In this document: positions 36,116-46,720 of the stretch, piece by piece | How positions within the stretch are numbered: position 1 is the first letter of the stretch | Layout of the letters: the number at the start of each line of letters is the position of its first letter | Origin: Candidatus Poseidoniaceae archaeon | GTDB taxonomy: Archaea > Thermoplasmatota > Poseidoniia > Poseidoniales > Poseidoniaceae | Reading direction: 5' to 3' | NCBI GenBank assembly: GCA_028353405.1 | Contig: JAOMOG010000004.1 | Coordinates: forward strand, 8,722-72,721 | DNA length: 64,000 nucleotides | Program-made: the position numbers and the translations under genes | Notes under the pieces: generated by a model | What the model saw: only the letters and a program-made list of their open reading frames with translations | Told to the model about the DNA's origin: nothing | Database searches by the model: none

Positions 36116-36186
36116 GTAATTTATTGTTATTCTGAGTGAGAACTTTCATCCGGTTTATTGATGCACTATTGACTACAGCATCAGCC

Positions 36187-36696
36187 ATGGTGAAGAGGGC
36201 GACCTTAGATTTGGAACTCTCCCCAACACCAGTTGAATGTATCAAAGCATTACGCGAGTTAGCAGATTCTGCTGGTTGGAAACTAGAGAGGCATGAAGGT
36301 TCTAGATTAGTCGATCGTTTTGCAATCATTATGCCGATGGCCCAATCAGCTAGAACTCTAGGTTTGGTGGTGAAAGATGGACCACTCAGAGGACTTGAAC
36401 TGGTTTGTTGGTCAGAAACTAGAGGGTCAAGTGGTGCCATTAATATTGCAAGTTGGTTATTACCTGGTGGCCAAGAACATCCCTTAACAAGAAATTTGAT
36501 TCACAATTGGGTTGCACTGCTCCCGCGCTGTCCATGGAGATGGTCCTTTGGTGAAAGATCTAAAATTGGATATTTGCTACCGGTGTGGAGGAAATCTAGG
36601 AAAAAGTTTGCCAAACTGGGATTTAATGTAAAATCAAAACAGTGGCCTATAGTCGCACAAGAACCTTGGTTTGGCTCAATAACTAGTGAAGAATAA
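36187..36696 (+). CDS. Hypothetical protein
   Basis: The ORF track gives 36136-36696 (GTG start); the first ATG is at 36187 (MVKRATLDLELS...). The C-terminus is Trp/Arg-rich. No recognisable domain. Confidence 0.4.
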   Translation: MVKRATLDLELSPTPVECIKALRELADSAGWKLERHEGSRLVDRFAIIMPMAQSARTLGLVVKDGPLRGLELVCWSETRGSSGAINIASWLLPGGQEHPLTRNLIHNWVALLPRCPWRWSFGERSKIGYLLPVWRKSRKKFAKLGFNVKSKQWPIVAQEPWFGSITSEE

Positions 36697-36772
36697 GCCA
36701 AATTACAAATTATCAATCAACCGAAAGTAATAGGGTTGATGCCCCGCCACAGTTACAGTAGGAGAGATTGAA

Positions 36773-37489
36773 ATGGCCAACCTAAGTGAGTTTGCTGAAA
36801 ACCTGAAATCCAACCGTGATACTCAAATCACAGTAGCATTGATCATATTTTTTATGCTTGCATTCCCTCTTTATTTTAATTTTGCATCCAACAATGCATC
36901 ATCTGGTGGAGCATTGGGAACTGTCGGTGATTACAAGGTCTCTGGAGAATATACATTTATCGAATTAGAGAGTGGTATCGAGGGTATTGCAGATGGAGAC
37001 ACACTAACTCTAGAATTACATTCAGATGCTGTACAAAGTCAAATTGCAGATAAGAATTTAGTTGCAGTAATCGTCAATATGACTTATGACGAAGATGAAG
37101 AAGCCAATGGGCCTCCACTAGCATGTGCCGGGCCACAAGGTGGAAGTGATGCACCAGATACAATCACAGCAACAGTTTCTCGTGGCAATAACACTGCATC
37201 AGGTTCTGGACAGAACCCCGGTGGTCATTTCATTACAGCAGAGTGGCATGATTCCTCAATCATTGATACAGTTGTTACAGGGCTATCAGAGTCAGAAATA
37301 ATGGATATGCTCGAAGGCGGAGAAACCGGAATTGGTAATTATACTATTGAGATTTCAGTTGCAGCTGAAGCAGGTAATACACTAAATCCAACCTGTTCTC
37401 GTAATGATGGTGGAGAAGAAGTAAATTACACGGTTAGTTTGGTACTATTGGATTACAATATCATGCCGGATATTGCAGCCGAAGTTTAA
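36773..37489 (+). CDS. Hypothetical membrane-anchored extracellular protein
   Basis: 238 aa. GGAGAG upstream of the ATG, one N-terminal TM (ITVALIIFFMLAFPLYF), then an acidic, Gly/Thr-rich ectodomain. Confidence 0.5.
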   Translation: MANLSEFAENLKSNRDTQITVALIIFFMLAFPLYFNFASNNASSGGALGTVGDYKVSGEYTFIELESGIEGIADGDTLTLELHSDAVQSQIADKNLVAVIVNMTYDEDEEANGPPLACAGPQGGSDAPDTITATVSRGNNTASGSGQNPGGHFITAEWHDSSIIDTVVTGLSESEIMDMLEGGETGIGNYTIEISVAAEAGNTLNPTCSRNDGGEEVNYTVSLVLLDYNIMPDIAAEV

Positions 37490-37500
37490 ACTTCAAAGTA

Positions 37501-38934
37501 TCAAGCATTGAGAAGTTTGCTAATATCTAGTATCGGTGAAACTCTTTGACCAATTATTTGCATCATTTGAGCAAGTGCTTTCTCGGTCTTTGCTTCAACC
37601 CTCATCACTAAGATCGCTTCAGTGTTTGATTTACGAGCCAAATACCAACCAGCATATTCACCGTCATAATCAAAGCGAACTCTTACTCCATCAACAGTAG
37701 AGCATTGGTAATCGCTAAAGGCTTGAGTAATCGCAGCAACAAATGGTAATTTATTTTCTTCCGAACATGGAACTTTTACCTCACCTGAGGTTGGTAAACT
37801 TGGAGCAAGACGTTCCAATTCACTGGAGAAAGAAGGCCCTCCATCCTCGGGACTATCTCGGCGTGACCAACATTCAATTATCCGTGCAGCATTGTATAGT
37901 GAACAATCAAAACCATACCAACCGCGGTCGGCTAGGAAGATGTGTCCAGACATTTCAGCAGCCATTCTGCATTGCGGTTTTGCTGCTAAAACTCGCTTCA
38001 TGAAAGAGTGCCCAGTCTTTGCCATATGTGGCACTCCGCCAGCATTGATGATTGCAGTTTCAACATTCATTGAACATTTAACATCATAGATTATGGTTTT
38101 TGATTCATCACTTGTTCCTGCATCAGAAGCAAGAATATCTTCAGCCATTAATGCGATTAATCGATCAGGATAAACGAATTGCCCGTCTTCATCAACAGCA
38201 CCAATTCTATCACCGTCACCATCAACACCTAAGCCAAACTCAAGTTGATTTTCAACAACAGCATTACCAAGATCAATCATATTTTTTGGACGTGTTGGGT
38301 CTGCACCATGGTTAGGTTCAGTAGCATCCCAATCACAGAATAGGTCAGTATGTTCAGCCCCTATCATATCGAGTAATTTGGTCATCGCAGGGCCAGGGAC
38401 TGCATTACCACAGTCAACAGCAACCCTAACAGGTCTTGCTAATGGTCCAACTGATTCTACAATCGCTTGCAGATATGTATCTATGTGCGGGTGGTCAACA
38501 ATACTTCCTTGACCCGAATCAAATTCTCCAGATAAGAATACTTCTTTCAATTGTTGAATTTCTTCCCCTGCTAGAGGAAGTGTACCATTACACATTTTGA
38601 ATCCATTATGTGTTGGCATTGGCAGGTGTGATGCAGTCACCATTACTCCGCCATCAACAGGAAGAGTCCAACATGCATGATAGACACAGCCTGTGCTAAC
38701 TATTCCTAAATCATAAACAGTAACTCCGGCGGAAACAAAACCTGCAATCAGATTTTCAGTTAATGCGGGAGATGAATCGCGAATATCTCGCCCTACTGCA
38801 AATGTTTTGCACTTTAGGTAAGTGGCCATTGCTTTACCTAATCGTAAAGCGAATTGAGGGGTAATATCGCCGCTACCATCGCCATTTGCATGACCGCGAA
38901 TATCGTATGCTTTGAAGCAGTGTTGGGGCCACAT
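37501..38934 (-). CDS. Phosphohexomutase (phosphomannomutase/phosphoglucomutase family)
   Basis: 477 aa. Motifs: VTASHLPMPTHNGFK (active-site Ser loop), GVDGDGDRIG (metal loop), AAEMSGH (sugar loop). Confidence 0.85.
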   Translation of the reverse strand: MWPQHCFKAYDIRGHANGDGSGDITPQFALRLGKAMATYLKCKTFAVGRDIRDSSPALTENLIAGFVSAGVTVYDLGIVSTGCVYHACWTLPVDGGVMVTASHLPMPTHNGFKMCNGTLPLAGEEIQQLKEVFLSGEFDSGQGSIVDHPHIDTYLQAIVESVGPLARPVRVAVDCGNAVPGPAMTKLLDMIGAEHTDLFCDWDATEPNHGADPTRPKNMIDLGNAVVENQLEFGLGVDGDGDRIGAVDEDGQFVYPDRLIALMAEDILASDAGTSDESKTIIYDVKCSMNVETAIINAGGVPHMAKTGHSFMKRVLAAKPQCRMAAEMSGHIFLADRGWYGFDCSLYNAARIIECWSRRDSPEDGGPSFSSELERLAPSLPTSGEVKVPCSEENKLPFVAAITQAFSDYQCSTVDGVRVRFDYDGEYAGWYLARKSNTEAILVMRVEAKTEKALAQMMQIIGQRVSPILDISKLLNA

Positions 38935-38975
38935 GGAACTCCCAGCAGGTCCTTGTTTTCAATCCTGTGTGCTAA

Positions 38976-39155
38976 TTATTTTCTAACAAAAGCAATGATG
39001 AAGGCAATTATTATGGTAATAACGGCGAACTCAACAACAACGCCTTGCCATATCGCTACAGCCAGGAATACTGAGAATGTTGGAATAATCATGCGCAATA
39101 ATTTGGGCCAAGTCATCAAACCTTGAGGGGTTTCAATGTAAGGTGATCCCGGCAT
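38976..39155 (-). CDS. Small hypothetical membrane protein
   Basis: The ATG at 39155 (MPGSPYIETPQGL...) has GGAGGT 7 nt upstream. One long hydrophobic segment. Confidence 0.35.
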   Translation of the reverse strand: MPGSPYIETPQGLMTWPKLLRMIIPTFSVFLAVAIWQGVVVEFAVITIIIAFIIAFVRK

Positions 39156-39176
39156 TAATGTAACCTCCATTAATGA

Positions 39177-39551
39177 TTATGAATTATTATCAATTGCTTG
39201 AATGACGATTTCGATTCTAGCATTAGCCGGTAATCCAGCTGCAGCAAAAGCAGCACGTGCAGGTTTTACCTCAATCGCATCGACCCAAGCGCCGTATACT
39301 TCATTCATTGCAGCAAAATCATCGATATCAGCAAGAAGTATTTGAGCAAAACAGACAGCATCTCTTGTTAGATTTGCAGTGGTTAGTAATGAGTCTATTT
39401 TTGCTAATGAAGCAGCGGTTTGGGCTTGAATATCATCACCTGCTTCAGGTGCTATTTGGCCACTTAGCCATACGACTCCATTTGCTATAATGCCAGCGGA
39501 ATAAGGTCCGTATGTTTTTGCACCAAGGTTATCGATAGAGCGTTTCTCCAT
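39177..39551 (-). CDS. ridA: RidA/YjgF/UK114-family reactive-intermediate deaminase
   Basis: 124 aa. GPYSAGIIANGVVWLSGQIA......ARIEIVIQA. Confidence 0.8.
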   Translation of the reverse strand: MEKRSIDNLGAKTYGPYSAGIIANGVVWLSGQIAPEAGDDIQAQTAASLAKIDSLLTTANLTRDAVCFAQILLADIDDFAAMNEVYGAWVDAIEVKPARAAFAAAGLPANARIEIVIQAIDNNS

Positions 39552-39633
39552 GAGTCTGTGCTATAGTCCTCAGCCCATCAATGCATTGATTATGAAACGA
39601 TGATTTGAGGGGGAGGTAGTATCAGCCCCATCC

Positions 39634-40656
39634 ATGCGCACCTGTTGGGTTCTGGATCATCCCGCGCATGTCAGATTATTGGCCCCGTTCATTCGTAGTG
39701 GTCAATCTAATGATATTATCATCGCATGTGACCGAATAGAGGTTAGAAATTTACTTGAGAGTGCGGATGGAATATTACCGCGACGGCAGAAAACGTGGGT
39801 GCAAAGAGCAATCGGTAGCGCCAAGTCGATCAAAGCCTTGAGGAGAATTAATCAAAGCCATAATTTCATGGCCGTTGCTGGTAAAGATGGTAGCGGTACA
39901 ATAGAGAGAATAGTCGTGATTGGGGCATCATTAGAATTGTTAGCACTCAAGAATGTCATCAGATTAGGTAAGATAAAATCCATCAAACATTTAGTTTATA
40001 TTTCTGATACCGAAGTAAATCACATTGCTCATAAATTAGCTCTAAAAGAGTGTACTGAAGTAGTATTGCCAACTCACTGGGATGACACTATTGATGGAGG
40101 TTTTCTCGCAAAGGTATCAAAATCAAGCAATGTTCTTGTCCATCGATTAGATGGATTGCATGGCCATGCTCACCTACGTCCAAGCCAGCGACCAAATCAA
40201 GTTTCAGATCCTCCTAGAGTGATGGTTCGTCGCTTAAGCGGAGATGGTATTCACGATGATGGCGAAGTAATCTACATTCCTGAAAAGGTATGGGATGGAC
40301 TAATTCCAACCTTTGCCGATGAGTCAAAATATACAGGTGATGCATGGCAATTAACCCAACAACTAGCAGCACATGATTGTCTAATTACTAATTCAGTAAC
40401 TCTCGCAAGTGAGGCTTGTCTTCTCGGCACTCCAACCTTGTTAATCTCTAGAGCAAAACGTGGCTTCTTATCCAGACTTGAGCAAGATGGTTATCCATTA
40501 TTCATTTGGAATGAGAATTGTGAAGGAGAAAAGTTTGAACAAAAATTAACTCAATTCCTTTGTGGCATTCACTTAACAGATGCATTGGAGCCAGAACAAT
40601 GGCCAAATACCAAACAACAATTGGCTGAAATTCTAAGACTTGAACTCATTGATTGA
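39634..40656 (+). CDS. DUF354-like protein (glycosyltransferase/epimerase-like fold family)
   Basis: 340 aa. The N-terminal WVLDHPAHVRLLAPFIR resembles the DUF354 (I)DI.HPAHVHFFK motif as I remember it. The neighbourhood has glycan-related genes (uppS, phosphohexomutase). Confidence 0.4.
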   Translation: MRTCWVLDHPAHVRLLAPFIRSGQSNDIIIACDRIEVRNLLESADGILPRRQKTWVQRAIGSAKSIKALRRINQSHNFMAVAGKDGSGTIERIVVIGASLELLALKNVIRLGKIKSIKHLVYISDTEVNHIAHKLALKECTEVVLPTHWDDTIDGGFLAKVSKSSNVLVHRLDGLHGHAHLRPSQRPNQVSDPPRVMVRRLSGDGIHDDGEVIYIPEKVWDGLIPTFADESKYTGDAWQLTQQLAAHDCLITNSVTLASEACLLGTPTLLISRAKRGFLSRLEQDGYPLFIWNENCEGEKFEQKLTQFLCGIHLTDALEPEQWPNTKQQLAEILRLELID

Positions 40657-41092
40657 GCCAATTAGTGATTATTTCCAAGTGGTCTCCAGCCATTTGTAAA
40701 TCTCCAGCGAGAATAGATTCAATTGGCCAAAACTTTGCATCTGCAGCATCATCACCTGCGCTTGGTTGTTGATCAGAACTAACTTCAATTTCATAGACAA
40801 TGCTGACAATATGCTTACGCGGGTCTCTATCGGGGTTTCCCATTACAGAAATTAACTTTGGATTTTCACCATGCATACTTGTCTCTTCAAGTAATTCACG
40901 AACTGCTGCATCAATTGGTGCTTCTCCTCTGTCAACAAAGCCACCCGGAAGCGCCCAAGCACCCTTCATCGGAGGAAATTTTCTCTGAATCAATAGGATA
41001 GAATCATCCCTTCGTACCGCAGCATCGGCGGCTAGGGCTGGGTTGAGCCAACCATTGCACTCATCACATGACGTCATAGGATCATACTCCAT
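40646..41092 (-). CDS. NUDIX hydrolase
   Basis: 148 aa with an intact Nudix box, GGFVDRGEAPIDAAVRELLEETSM. Confidence 0.8.
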   Translation of the reverse strand: MEYDPMTSCDECNGWLNPALAADAAVRRDDSILLIQRKFPPMKGAWALPGGFVDRGEAPIDAAVRELLEETSMHGENPKLISVMGNPDRDPRKHIVSIVYEIEVSSDQQPSAGDDAADAKFWPIESILAGDLQMAGDHLEIITNWLNQ

Positions 41093-41939
41093 ATCTTCGT
41101 CGACGTTCTTGGAATGTGCGAATTGCTTTCAACAAATCCTTCTTTTGGAAACTAGGCCAGAAAACATCTGTAAAATATAATTCTGAATATGCCATTTGCC
41201 ATAATAAGAAATTAGAAATTCGCTCCTCTCCACTGGTACGTATGACCAAATCAGGATCTGGCATATCCGCAGTGTAGAGTCTTTCAGAAACGGCCTTCTC
41301 ATCAATATCTTCTAGGCTGATTTTCCCCTCTGCATGGTCGGAAGCAATCGACTGAATCGCTCTAATCATCTCTTCTCGACTACCATATGCAAGGCAGATA
41401 GTAAAAACGAATTTCCCATAATTCTTAGTTTTATTTTCTGCATAATCTATTGCTTCGTTGACAGATTCTGGTAATAATTCTCTTCGGCCAATGATTTGCA
41501 CCTTGACTTCATTTTCATGAATTCTAGGATCATCAGCAATATCTCTCAACCCTTCAACATACAATTTGAATAATGTCTCAAGTTCTTGTTTAGGTCTGGT
41601 GAGGTTTTCAGTTGATAGTGCATAAACGGTGAGCCATGGTATTTCTAAATCTAATACCCAATCCAAAACGCGCTCTAATTTCTCTTTACCAATTTTATGG
41701 CCGATACTAGTGGCAAGGTTAGATTTCCAAGCAAAACGGCGGTTACCATCCATGATAATCGCTAGGTGTTGAACCGAAATAGGACTTGCGAGAACTTCTC
41801 GCAAGAGTTTTGCCTCGACCGCTTGGCCTAGTGCATCACCGACTCGCTCCGATATACCCACTAGACTTCCCCCTGCCTTGTCGTAGAGGTGAAAGGGTAT
41901 GAGTTCACCGCTTCGCCATTGACAATTCACCAGCCACAA
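41082..41939 (-). CDS. uppS: Undecaprenyl-diphosphate synthase (cis-prenyltransferase)
   Basis: Motifs: HLAIIMDGNRRFA and IRTSGEERISNFLLWQMAYSELYF. Confidence 0.9.
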   Translation of the reverse strand: MWLVNCQWRSGELIPFHLYDKAGGSLVGISERVGDALGQAVEAKLLREVLASPISVQHLAIIMDGNRRFAWKSNLATSIGHKIGKEKLERVLDWVLDLEIPWLTVYALSTENLTRPKQELETLFKLYVEGLRDIADDPRIHENEVKVQIIGRRELLPESVNEAIDYAENKTKNYGKFVFTICLAYGSREEMIRAIQSIASDHAEGKISLEDIDEKAVSERLYTADMPDPDLVIRTSGEERISNFLLWQMAYSELYFTDVFWPSFQKKDLLKAIRTFQERRRRYGV

Positions 41940-42024
41940 TCTAGAGCCAAAAATCCACCAATGCGTATGTTGTTAATTCTAATTAAGTTGAAAACTTTGT
42001 ATTAGGGTAACTCCAGCATATGAT

Positions 42025-43212
42025 ATGGGAGAGCCTGCCTGGTGGCCAAGTGGAATCTCCAAGACTTCGTTTGAGGAAGCACAATCAACTCTAATTTGCC
42101 GAACATCATTTGGAAAAACCACAATGTGGAGCCCGGATATGGCAATGGAATTACAATGGTGGCAACAAACTCCAGAGAGTGGAACAATTTGGGGCGAGTG
42201 GCCTGAAGCTGTAATCTCGCTCGACAAAATAACAGAGGACCAAGGCGGTATTGTTGTCAAATTATCTGGTCAAGATAAGCAGTGGATCGCTAGATTGTGT
42301 CCAATTGATGTTGGCCAAGATGCTTCTAGAATCGCCAGACATAAGGATTGGAATTTAGCATTACAAGGGTGTGATATCTTGTTACCAGTTGCCGGTTGGT
42401 CTACTGATAGTGGTGATAGGGTCATCATTTACCCCGAATACGAGGAAGTACCAACAAATGATATCTTAGATGAATTAGAATCAATCGTTTCTATAATGGC
42501 AAATGCACAATCAAACTTGCAACAATTCGCAACACCAAACAGTGAAAGATTGTGGAACGATTCTTTGAAAGAAATAGAAGCCTCTCTCAAAACCAATACC
42601 TTATGGCGTGGGCCACATACAATCAAAACCGTAGGTTTGCCAACATTAAATCTCAATTTTGCAAGTATTGTCAAGGTCGATGGGAAATTAATGTTAATCG
42701 CTCAACCAAGAAGATTGGTTGAACACCTTTTGGTTGGAGAACAACGGATTCCAGCAATAGCAAATTTGATGTCGATGGAAAGAGAATTTGCAGATCATTG
42801 CAAAGTTGATGAAGTAGTAAGAAAGCAATTGCTTGAAACATGGATTAACTTAGTGCCAATAGAATGGACAGGAAAGAAAGAGATGTCAACAGTTCTCGGA
42901 GGTCCATGGTTGTGGCGTTATCGCGCGGTACTGCTCAATTTAGCAGATGCAAAGGCATTTGCAAACTCTCAATTAGAGAAAAGTTGTAATTCATGGCTTA
43001 GAGATGTTTCTCGTCTGCAAGCACATCTTGGAACATTAAGAATGTTGAAAGCGGGTGAATGGGTTGGATATACGGCTATTGCAATTGGTTTTTATGCATG
43101 GAAAATGCAAACTATGACTGGGCAAAATGGATTATTTTTATTAGTCGGTGGAGCTGTTTTTGCTATAGCAATGAATCGGATATATTGGTCAAAAGACCCT
43201 TCACCGTATTGA
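42025..43212 (+). CDS. Hypothetical protein with two C-terminal TM helices
   Basis: 395 aa with a Trp-rich N-terminus. No recognisable catalytic motif. The start is uncertain. Confidence 0.4.
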   Translation: MGEPAWWPSGISKTSFEEAQSTLICRTSFGKTTMWSPDMAMELQWWQQTPESGTIWGEWPEAVISLDKITEDQGGIVVKLSGQDKQWIARLCPIDVGQDASRIARHKDWNLALQGCDILLPVAGWSTDSGDRVIIYPEYEEVPTNDILDELESIVSIMANAQSNLQQFATPNSERLWNDSLKEIEASLKTNTLWRGPHTIKTVGLPTLNLNFASIVKVDGKLMLIAQPRRLVEHLLVGEQRIPAIANLMSMEREFADHCKVDEVVRKQLLETWINLVPIEWTGKKEMSTVLGGPWLWRYRAVLLNLADAKAFANSQLEKSCNSWLRDVSRLQAHLGTLRMLKAGEWVGYTAIAIGFYAWKMQTMTGQNGLFLLVGGAVFAIAMNRIYWSKDPSPY

Positions 43213-43216
43213 GAGA

Positions 43217-44338
43217 TCAACGTTGTTGTCTAACTCTGCCATCATAGAATTGCAAAGAGTTCTTCTTGGCCAAACTCATAATTTCTAAGATTAACTTTTC
43301 ACGCTCTTGTCGCTCTTGTACAGAACCTGAGACAGCCCAATACAGATTTACTGCTAGGTCTATCGATGTAGGTGAAATCATATTTACTCGGCACCAAGAA
43401 GAATCCTCTTTGGTAGTAAATTCATTGTCGGAAATAAACTTCATAACATCATCACAGAAATTGTCAACAGCGGCAGGGTCGGAGTTGATGTCCATGTGTA
43501 ACTGTGTTTGCCAGCGTCTCCAACGGCGTAGTCCGTAATTCTCTACAGGTGAATTAACCAAATTTGCATTTGGCATTGTGATGACTGTATCAAGGGAAGT
43601 TCGAATCAATGTAGTCCTCAAATTGATTTGGATAACCTCTCCTTCACTCGAGCCTACAACTATCCAATCACCGACTCTGAACGGCTTGTCTAACAGCACA
43701 GTAGTAGCGCCGAAGAAATTGGAGATAGTATCCTTGGCTGCAAGCGCCAAAGCAATTCCGGAAATTCCTAGTCCTGCAATTAATGAGGTTAGATTAAATC
43801 CAAAGGAATCGGCGATAAATACACCACCGACGAAAATAATGACGAACCGCAAAACACTTTGAATAGCGGAGATTAATGTTTTCTCAGTTCCATCTAATTC
43901 TTCATCATCATCCAAAAGTTCTACAATATCTTGTACAATTTCGATTAAACGGAAGGCCCACATTATCAAGCAGACTGAGATGATTAATTGCAATGCACCA
44001 GGCACTAAATTGATTATTATTTGAGGCATCATTATCGATGATGTTGCGACGCTCATAGCATCGATCATCTCGGCGAATATAAAGAAGGAAACTCCTGCAC
44101 CAGCAGCATTACCAAGAGCCTTATCTGAGTCCTTTACCGCTTTGTTTTCAATGCTGTCAGAGGTAATGATTTTCTTCAGTAATTTAGGTGCTAACCACAT
44201 AGTCAAAAATCGTGTTGATAAAGCGATGACGACCACGGCGAGTAAGATGGCTAAAGTCAAGTTGTTAAAGCCGAGAATTTCATCCATCCAAAAATCGGAT
44301 TCAGTAGCACTTTCGAAGTCTAGCATGCTATACCCCAT
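43217..44338 (-). CDS. Small-conductance mechanosensitive channel (MscS family)
   Basis: 373 aa. TM helices, then LLDKPFRVGDWIVVGSSEGEVIQINLRTTLIRTSLDTVITMPNANL. Confidence 0.85.
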   Translation of the reverse strand: MGYSMLDFESATESDFWMDEILGFNNLTLAILLAVVVIALSTRFLTMWLAPKLLKKIITSDSIENKAVKDSDKALGNAAGAGVSFFIFAEMIDAMSVATSSIMMPQIIINLVPGALQLIISVCLIMWAFRLIEIVQDIVELLDDDEELDGTEKTLISAIQSVLRFVIIFVGGVFIADSFGFNLTSLIAGLGISGIALALAAKDTISNFFGATTVLLDKPFRVGDWIVVGSSEGEVIQINLRTTLIRTSLDTVITMPNANLVNSPVENYGLRRWRRWQTQLHMDINSDPAAVDNFCDDVMKFISDNEFTTKEDSSWCRVNMISPTSIDLAVNLYWAVSGSVQERQEREKLILEIMSLAKKNSLQFYDGRVRQQR

Positions 44339-44530
44339 GTGACCCTCCGTTTAAGTGATGTCGGACAATATTTTTTCAGTGAATTAATTTTTTTACAGTT
44401 ATATTGGCATTTTAAAATTACCAATCCTTGAAAATAATGATTTAAAATGCCCCCTTTAGGGGGCAGGTTGTGGTGAACGACATATGCACGACGCCTTCAA
44501 GAGGGGTAGCGGAGTCGCGAAGGCGTTAGC

Positions 44531-46720
44531 ATGTCATCAAAAACGGTAGCAATCAGCACTCGTCCTTCATTTGGATTCATTATAGCATTACCTTTGTTGC
44601 TTTCATTATTAGCTCCAATGGCTAACGCTTCAGTGGCTCAAGAAGAACAATCGGGCATGGCGCCTGAAGACGTCTGGTCCTACGAATATGCCAATATGAT
44701 ATTCCCTTGGGCTGACGAAGGTGAACGTATTTTACAATTCAAAGAATATCATACATATGAGACAATGAAAGAGCGAATGTTACGATTGACCCAAGATAAT
44801 TCGGATATATTTGAATTCCATGAAGGGCTCAAGGGCGGCGTAAATGCAAGAGGAGAAGTTGTTGGTGTTGATTCGTATGAAGGATGGTACTACGACCATG
44901 CCTCACCTTGGTTGAAGATTACAGGCGATGTCCAAGGCGGAGATTACAATCCCTTTGTCGGAGATAATGGAAATTACGCAGATCGCCCAGACGTACTAGT
45001 AGTTGGAAACCATCATGCTAGAGAATGGATGTCTTATCAAACTCCAATTCTAGTCATGGAAGTTATTGCATTTTCATATGATAATATTGGCTATGATAAC
45101 GATGGCGATGGTCAAGTTGACGAAGACCCATGGGGAGATGCAGATGGCGATGGCATTTTGGATGACGATGGAGATTGCCTTGCTTTGGATGCAAGCTACC
45201 AAGATTCCAATGGTGATGGAACGCCTTGTGGCGCTGGTGACCTAGGTGTTGACGAAGATTATTCAGAACAATGGATTACCGATTTGGTCAATGGGCGAGA
45301 ACTTTATCTTATCCCAATGCTCAACGTTGATGGGAATATCTACGATAGAGAAGTGTTCTGCCCTGCTCCTGCTTGGGAATCATGCCCATCCGGAGGTTGG
45401 AGAAAGAACTTGCGAGATAACACATATACAGGTGTAACTCCATTGCCAGATTTATTTGAACAGGTAGATGAAGACTGTGATGGTGTTGATCTAAACCGTA
45501 ATTATCAATTTGAATGGGGCGCACCTTTGGGTGCAACTGGACCTCTAATCCCAGGAACATGTACTCCGGCGGAAGGAGAACTCGATGGTTCGAATAACGA
45601 TGTCTATAATGGGCCTGTTGATGATAAAGACAATGACGGGGATGGCCAAATTAACGAAGACCACGTCGATGGTAAAGACGATGATGCAGATGGCCTTACC
45701 GATGAAGACTGGTGGGGCGGCAACTCTGAACCAGAGACAAAGTTCATTCAAGACCTAACAGAAATGAATGATGATAATGCAGACTTTTCATCCGAGTTCA
45801 AGTCAACATTAACCTACCACTCCTATTCGGAATTGGTTCTATATCCATGGGGACATTGTACTGGTTGTGAATCTCCAGACCACCAACAATTAATCTTCCA
45901 TGGTGATGAAATGGCTGAGATGACTCAGTATACAAATATGCAATCATCAGACCTTTATCCAACATCTGGAGACTTCTGCGATTGGCATTATGGAGTTCAT
46001 GGATCTTACTGTTATACTATGGAAATCGGAACAGCGTTCCACCAGCACGAAGACGATATCGATCATATTGCTGTACGCAACCTCGGTGTTGCATTCTACA
46101 TGACAGAGATTGCAGATAACCCAAGAGAACGTGCTGACTTAGCAATGTCTGACATTACAAACCAATCCTTACAATCTCCTAACGAAGTAAATATTCCTGC
46201 TAAAGGAAATATTCCAATCGATATGTGTATTGACAAGAGCTTCCCATATTCCCTTGAATCATCGGTCTCCCACCTAATGTGGAGAACGGTAAAACCGAGC
46301 CGTTTGCAAAGCGATTATGGCCCACGTGAATGGTCTACGACCGAGTGGACAGGTGCAGCGTTAGAGTTGATTGAAGATGAGAACTGTCTTATTGCTGGCT
46401 CAAAGAACGGAACAATTCTAAGAGCAACATTAGATATTTCAGAAACTACGACTGGACAATTACATTACAAAATCATGCTCGGAACACTCTCTGGTGGAGA
46501 TTTATACGAATACCCTGACAAAGGAACTTACTACACACTTGACCTCTCATACCGAGAAGCATATGGTAGTGTATTTGGTTCACTATTCTTGTTTATGGTA
46601 GTCGCTAGTTTCGTTTGGGGAGGATTAGCCGTCTGCCTCAGAATGATGCTATCAGATGATGAAGAATTGATTAATCTGGCTGATGCAGTTCTTGAAGAAG
46701 AAATGAAGACGGAGGGATGA
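44531..46720 (+). CDS. Membrane-anchored extracellular M14 zinc carboxypeptidase with Asp-rich calcium-binding-type insertions
   Basis: 729 aa. Signal peptide, then VGNHHAREW (HxxE), DLNRNYQFEW, TYHSYSELVLYPWG, TMEIG. DxDxDG-type runs lie at aa 187-246 and 363-396. There is a C-terminal TM. Confidence 0.8.
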   Translation: MSSKTVAISTRPSFGFIIALPLLLSLLAPMANASVAQEEQSGMAPEDVWSYEYANMIFPWADEGERILQFKEYHTYETMKERMLRLTQDNSDIFEFHEGLKGGVNARGEVVGVDSYEGWYYDHASPWLKITGDVQGGDYNPFVGDNGNYADRPDVLVVGNHHAREWMSYQTPILVMEVIAFSYDNIGYDNDGDGQVDEDPWGDADGDGILDDDGDCLALDASYQDSNGDGTPCGAGDLGVDEDYSEQWITDLVNGRELYLIPMLNVDGNIYDREVFCPAPAWESCPSGGWRKNLRDNTYTGVTPLPDLFEQVDEDCDGVDLNRNYQFEWGAPLGATGPLIPGTCTPAEGELDGSNNDVYNGPVDDKDNDGDGQINEDHVDGKDDDADGLTDEDWWGGNSEPETKFIQDLTEMNDDNADFSSEFKSTLTYHSYSELVLYPWGHCTGCESPDHQQLIFHGDEMAEMTQYTNMQSSDLYPTSGDFCDWHYGVHGSYCYTMEIGTAFHQHEDDIDHIAVRNLGVAFYMTEIADNPRERADLAMSDITNQSLQSPNEVNIPAKGNIPIDMCIDKSFPYSLESSVSHLMWRTVKPSRLQSDYGPREWSTTEWTGAALELIEDENCLIAGSKNGTILRATLDISETTTGQLHYKIMLGTLSGGDLYEYPDKGTYYTLDLSYREAYGSVFGSLFLFMVVASFVWGGLAVCLRMMLSDDEELINLADAVLEEEMKTEG

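Noticed and set aside
36009-36440. 143-aa minus-strand ORF overlapping the spacer and the start of the 36187-36696 ORF
   Set aside because: It is Ser-rich with low complexity, and its 3' part runs through the hairpin-dense non-coding region. The plus-strand ORF looks more protein-like, although neither is strongly supported.
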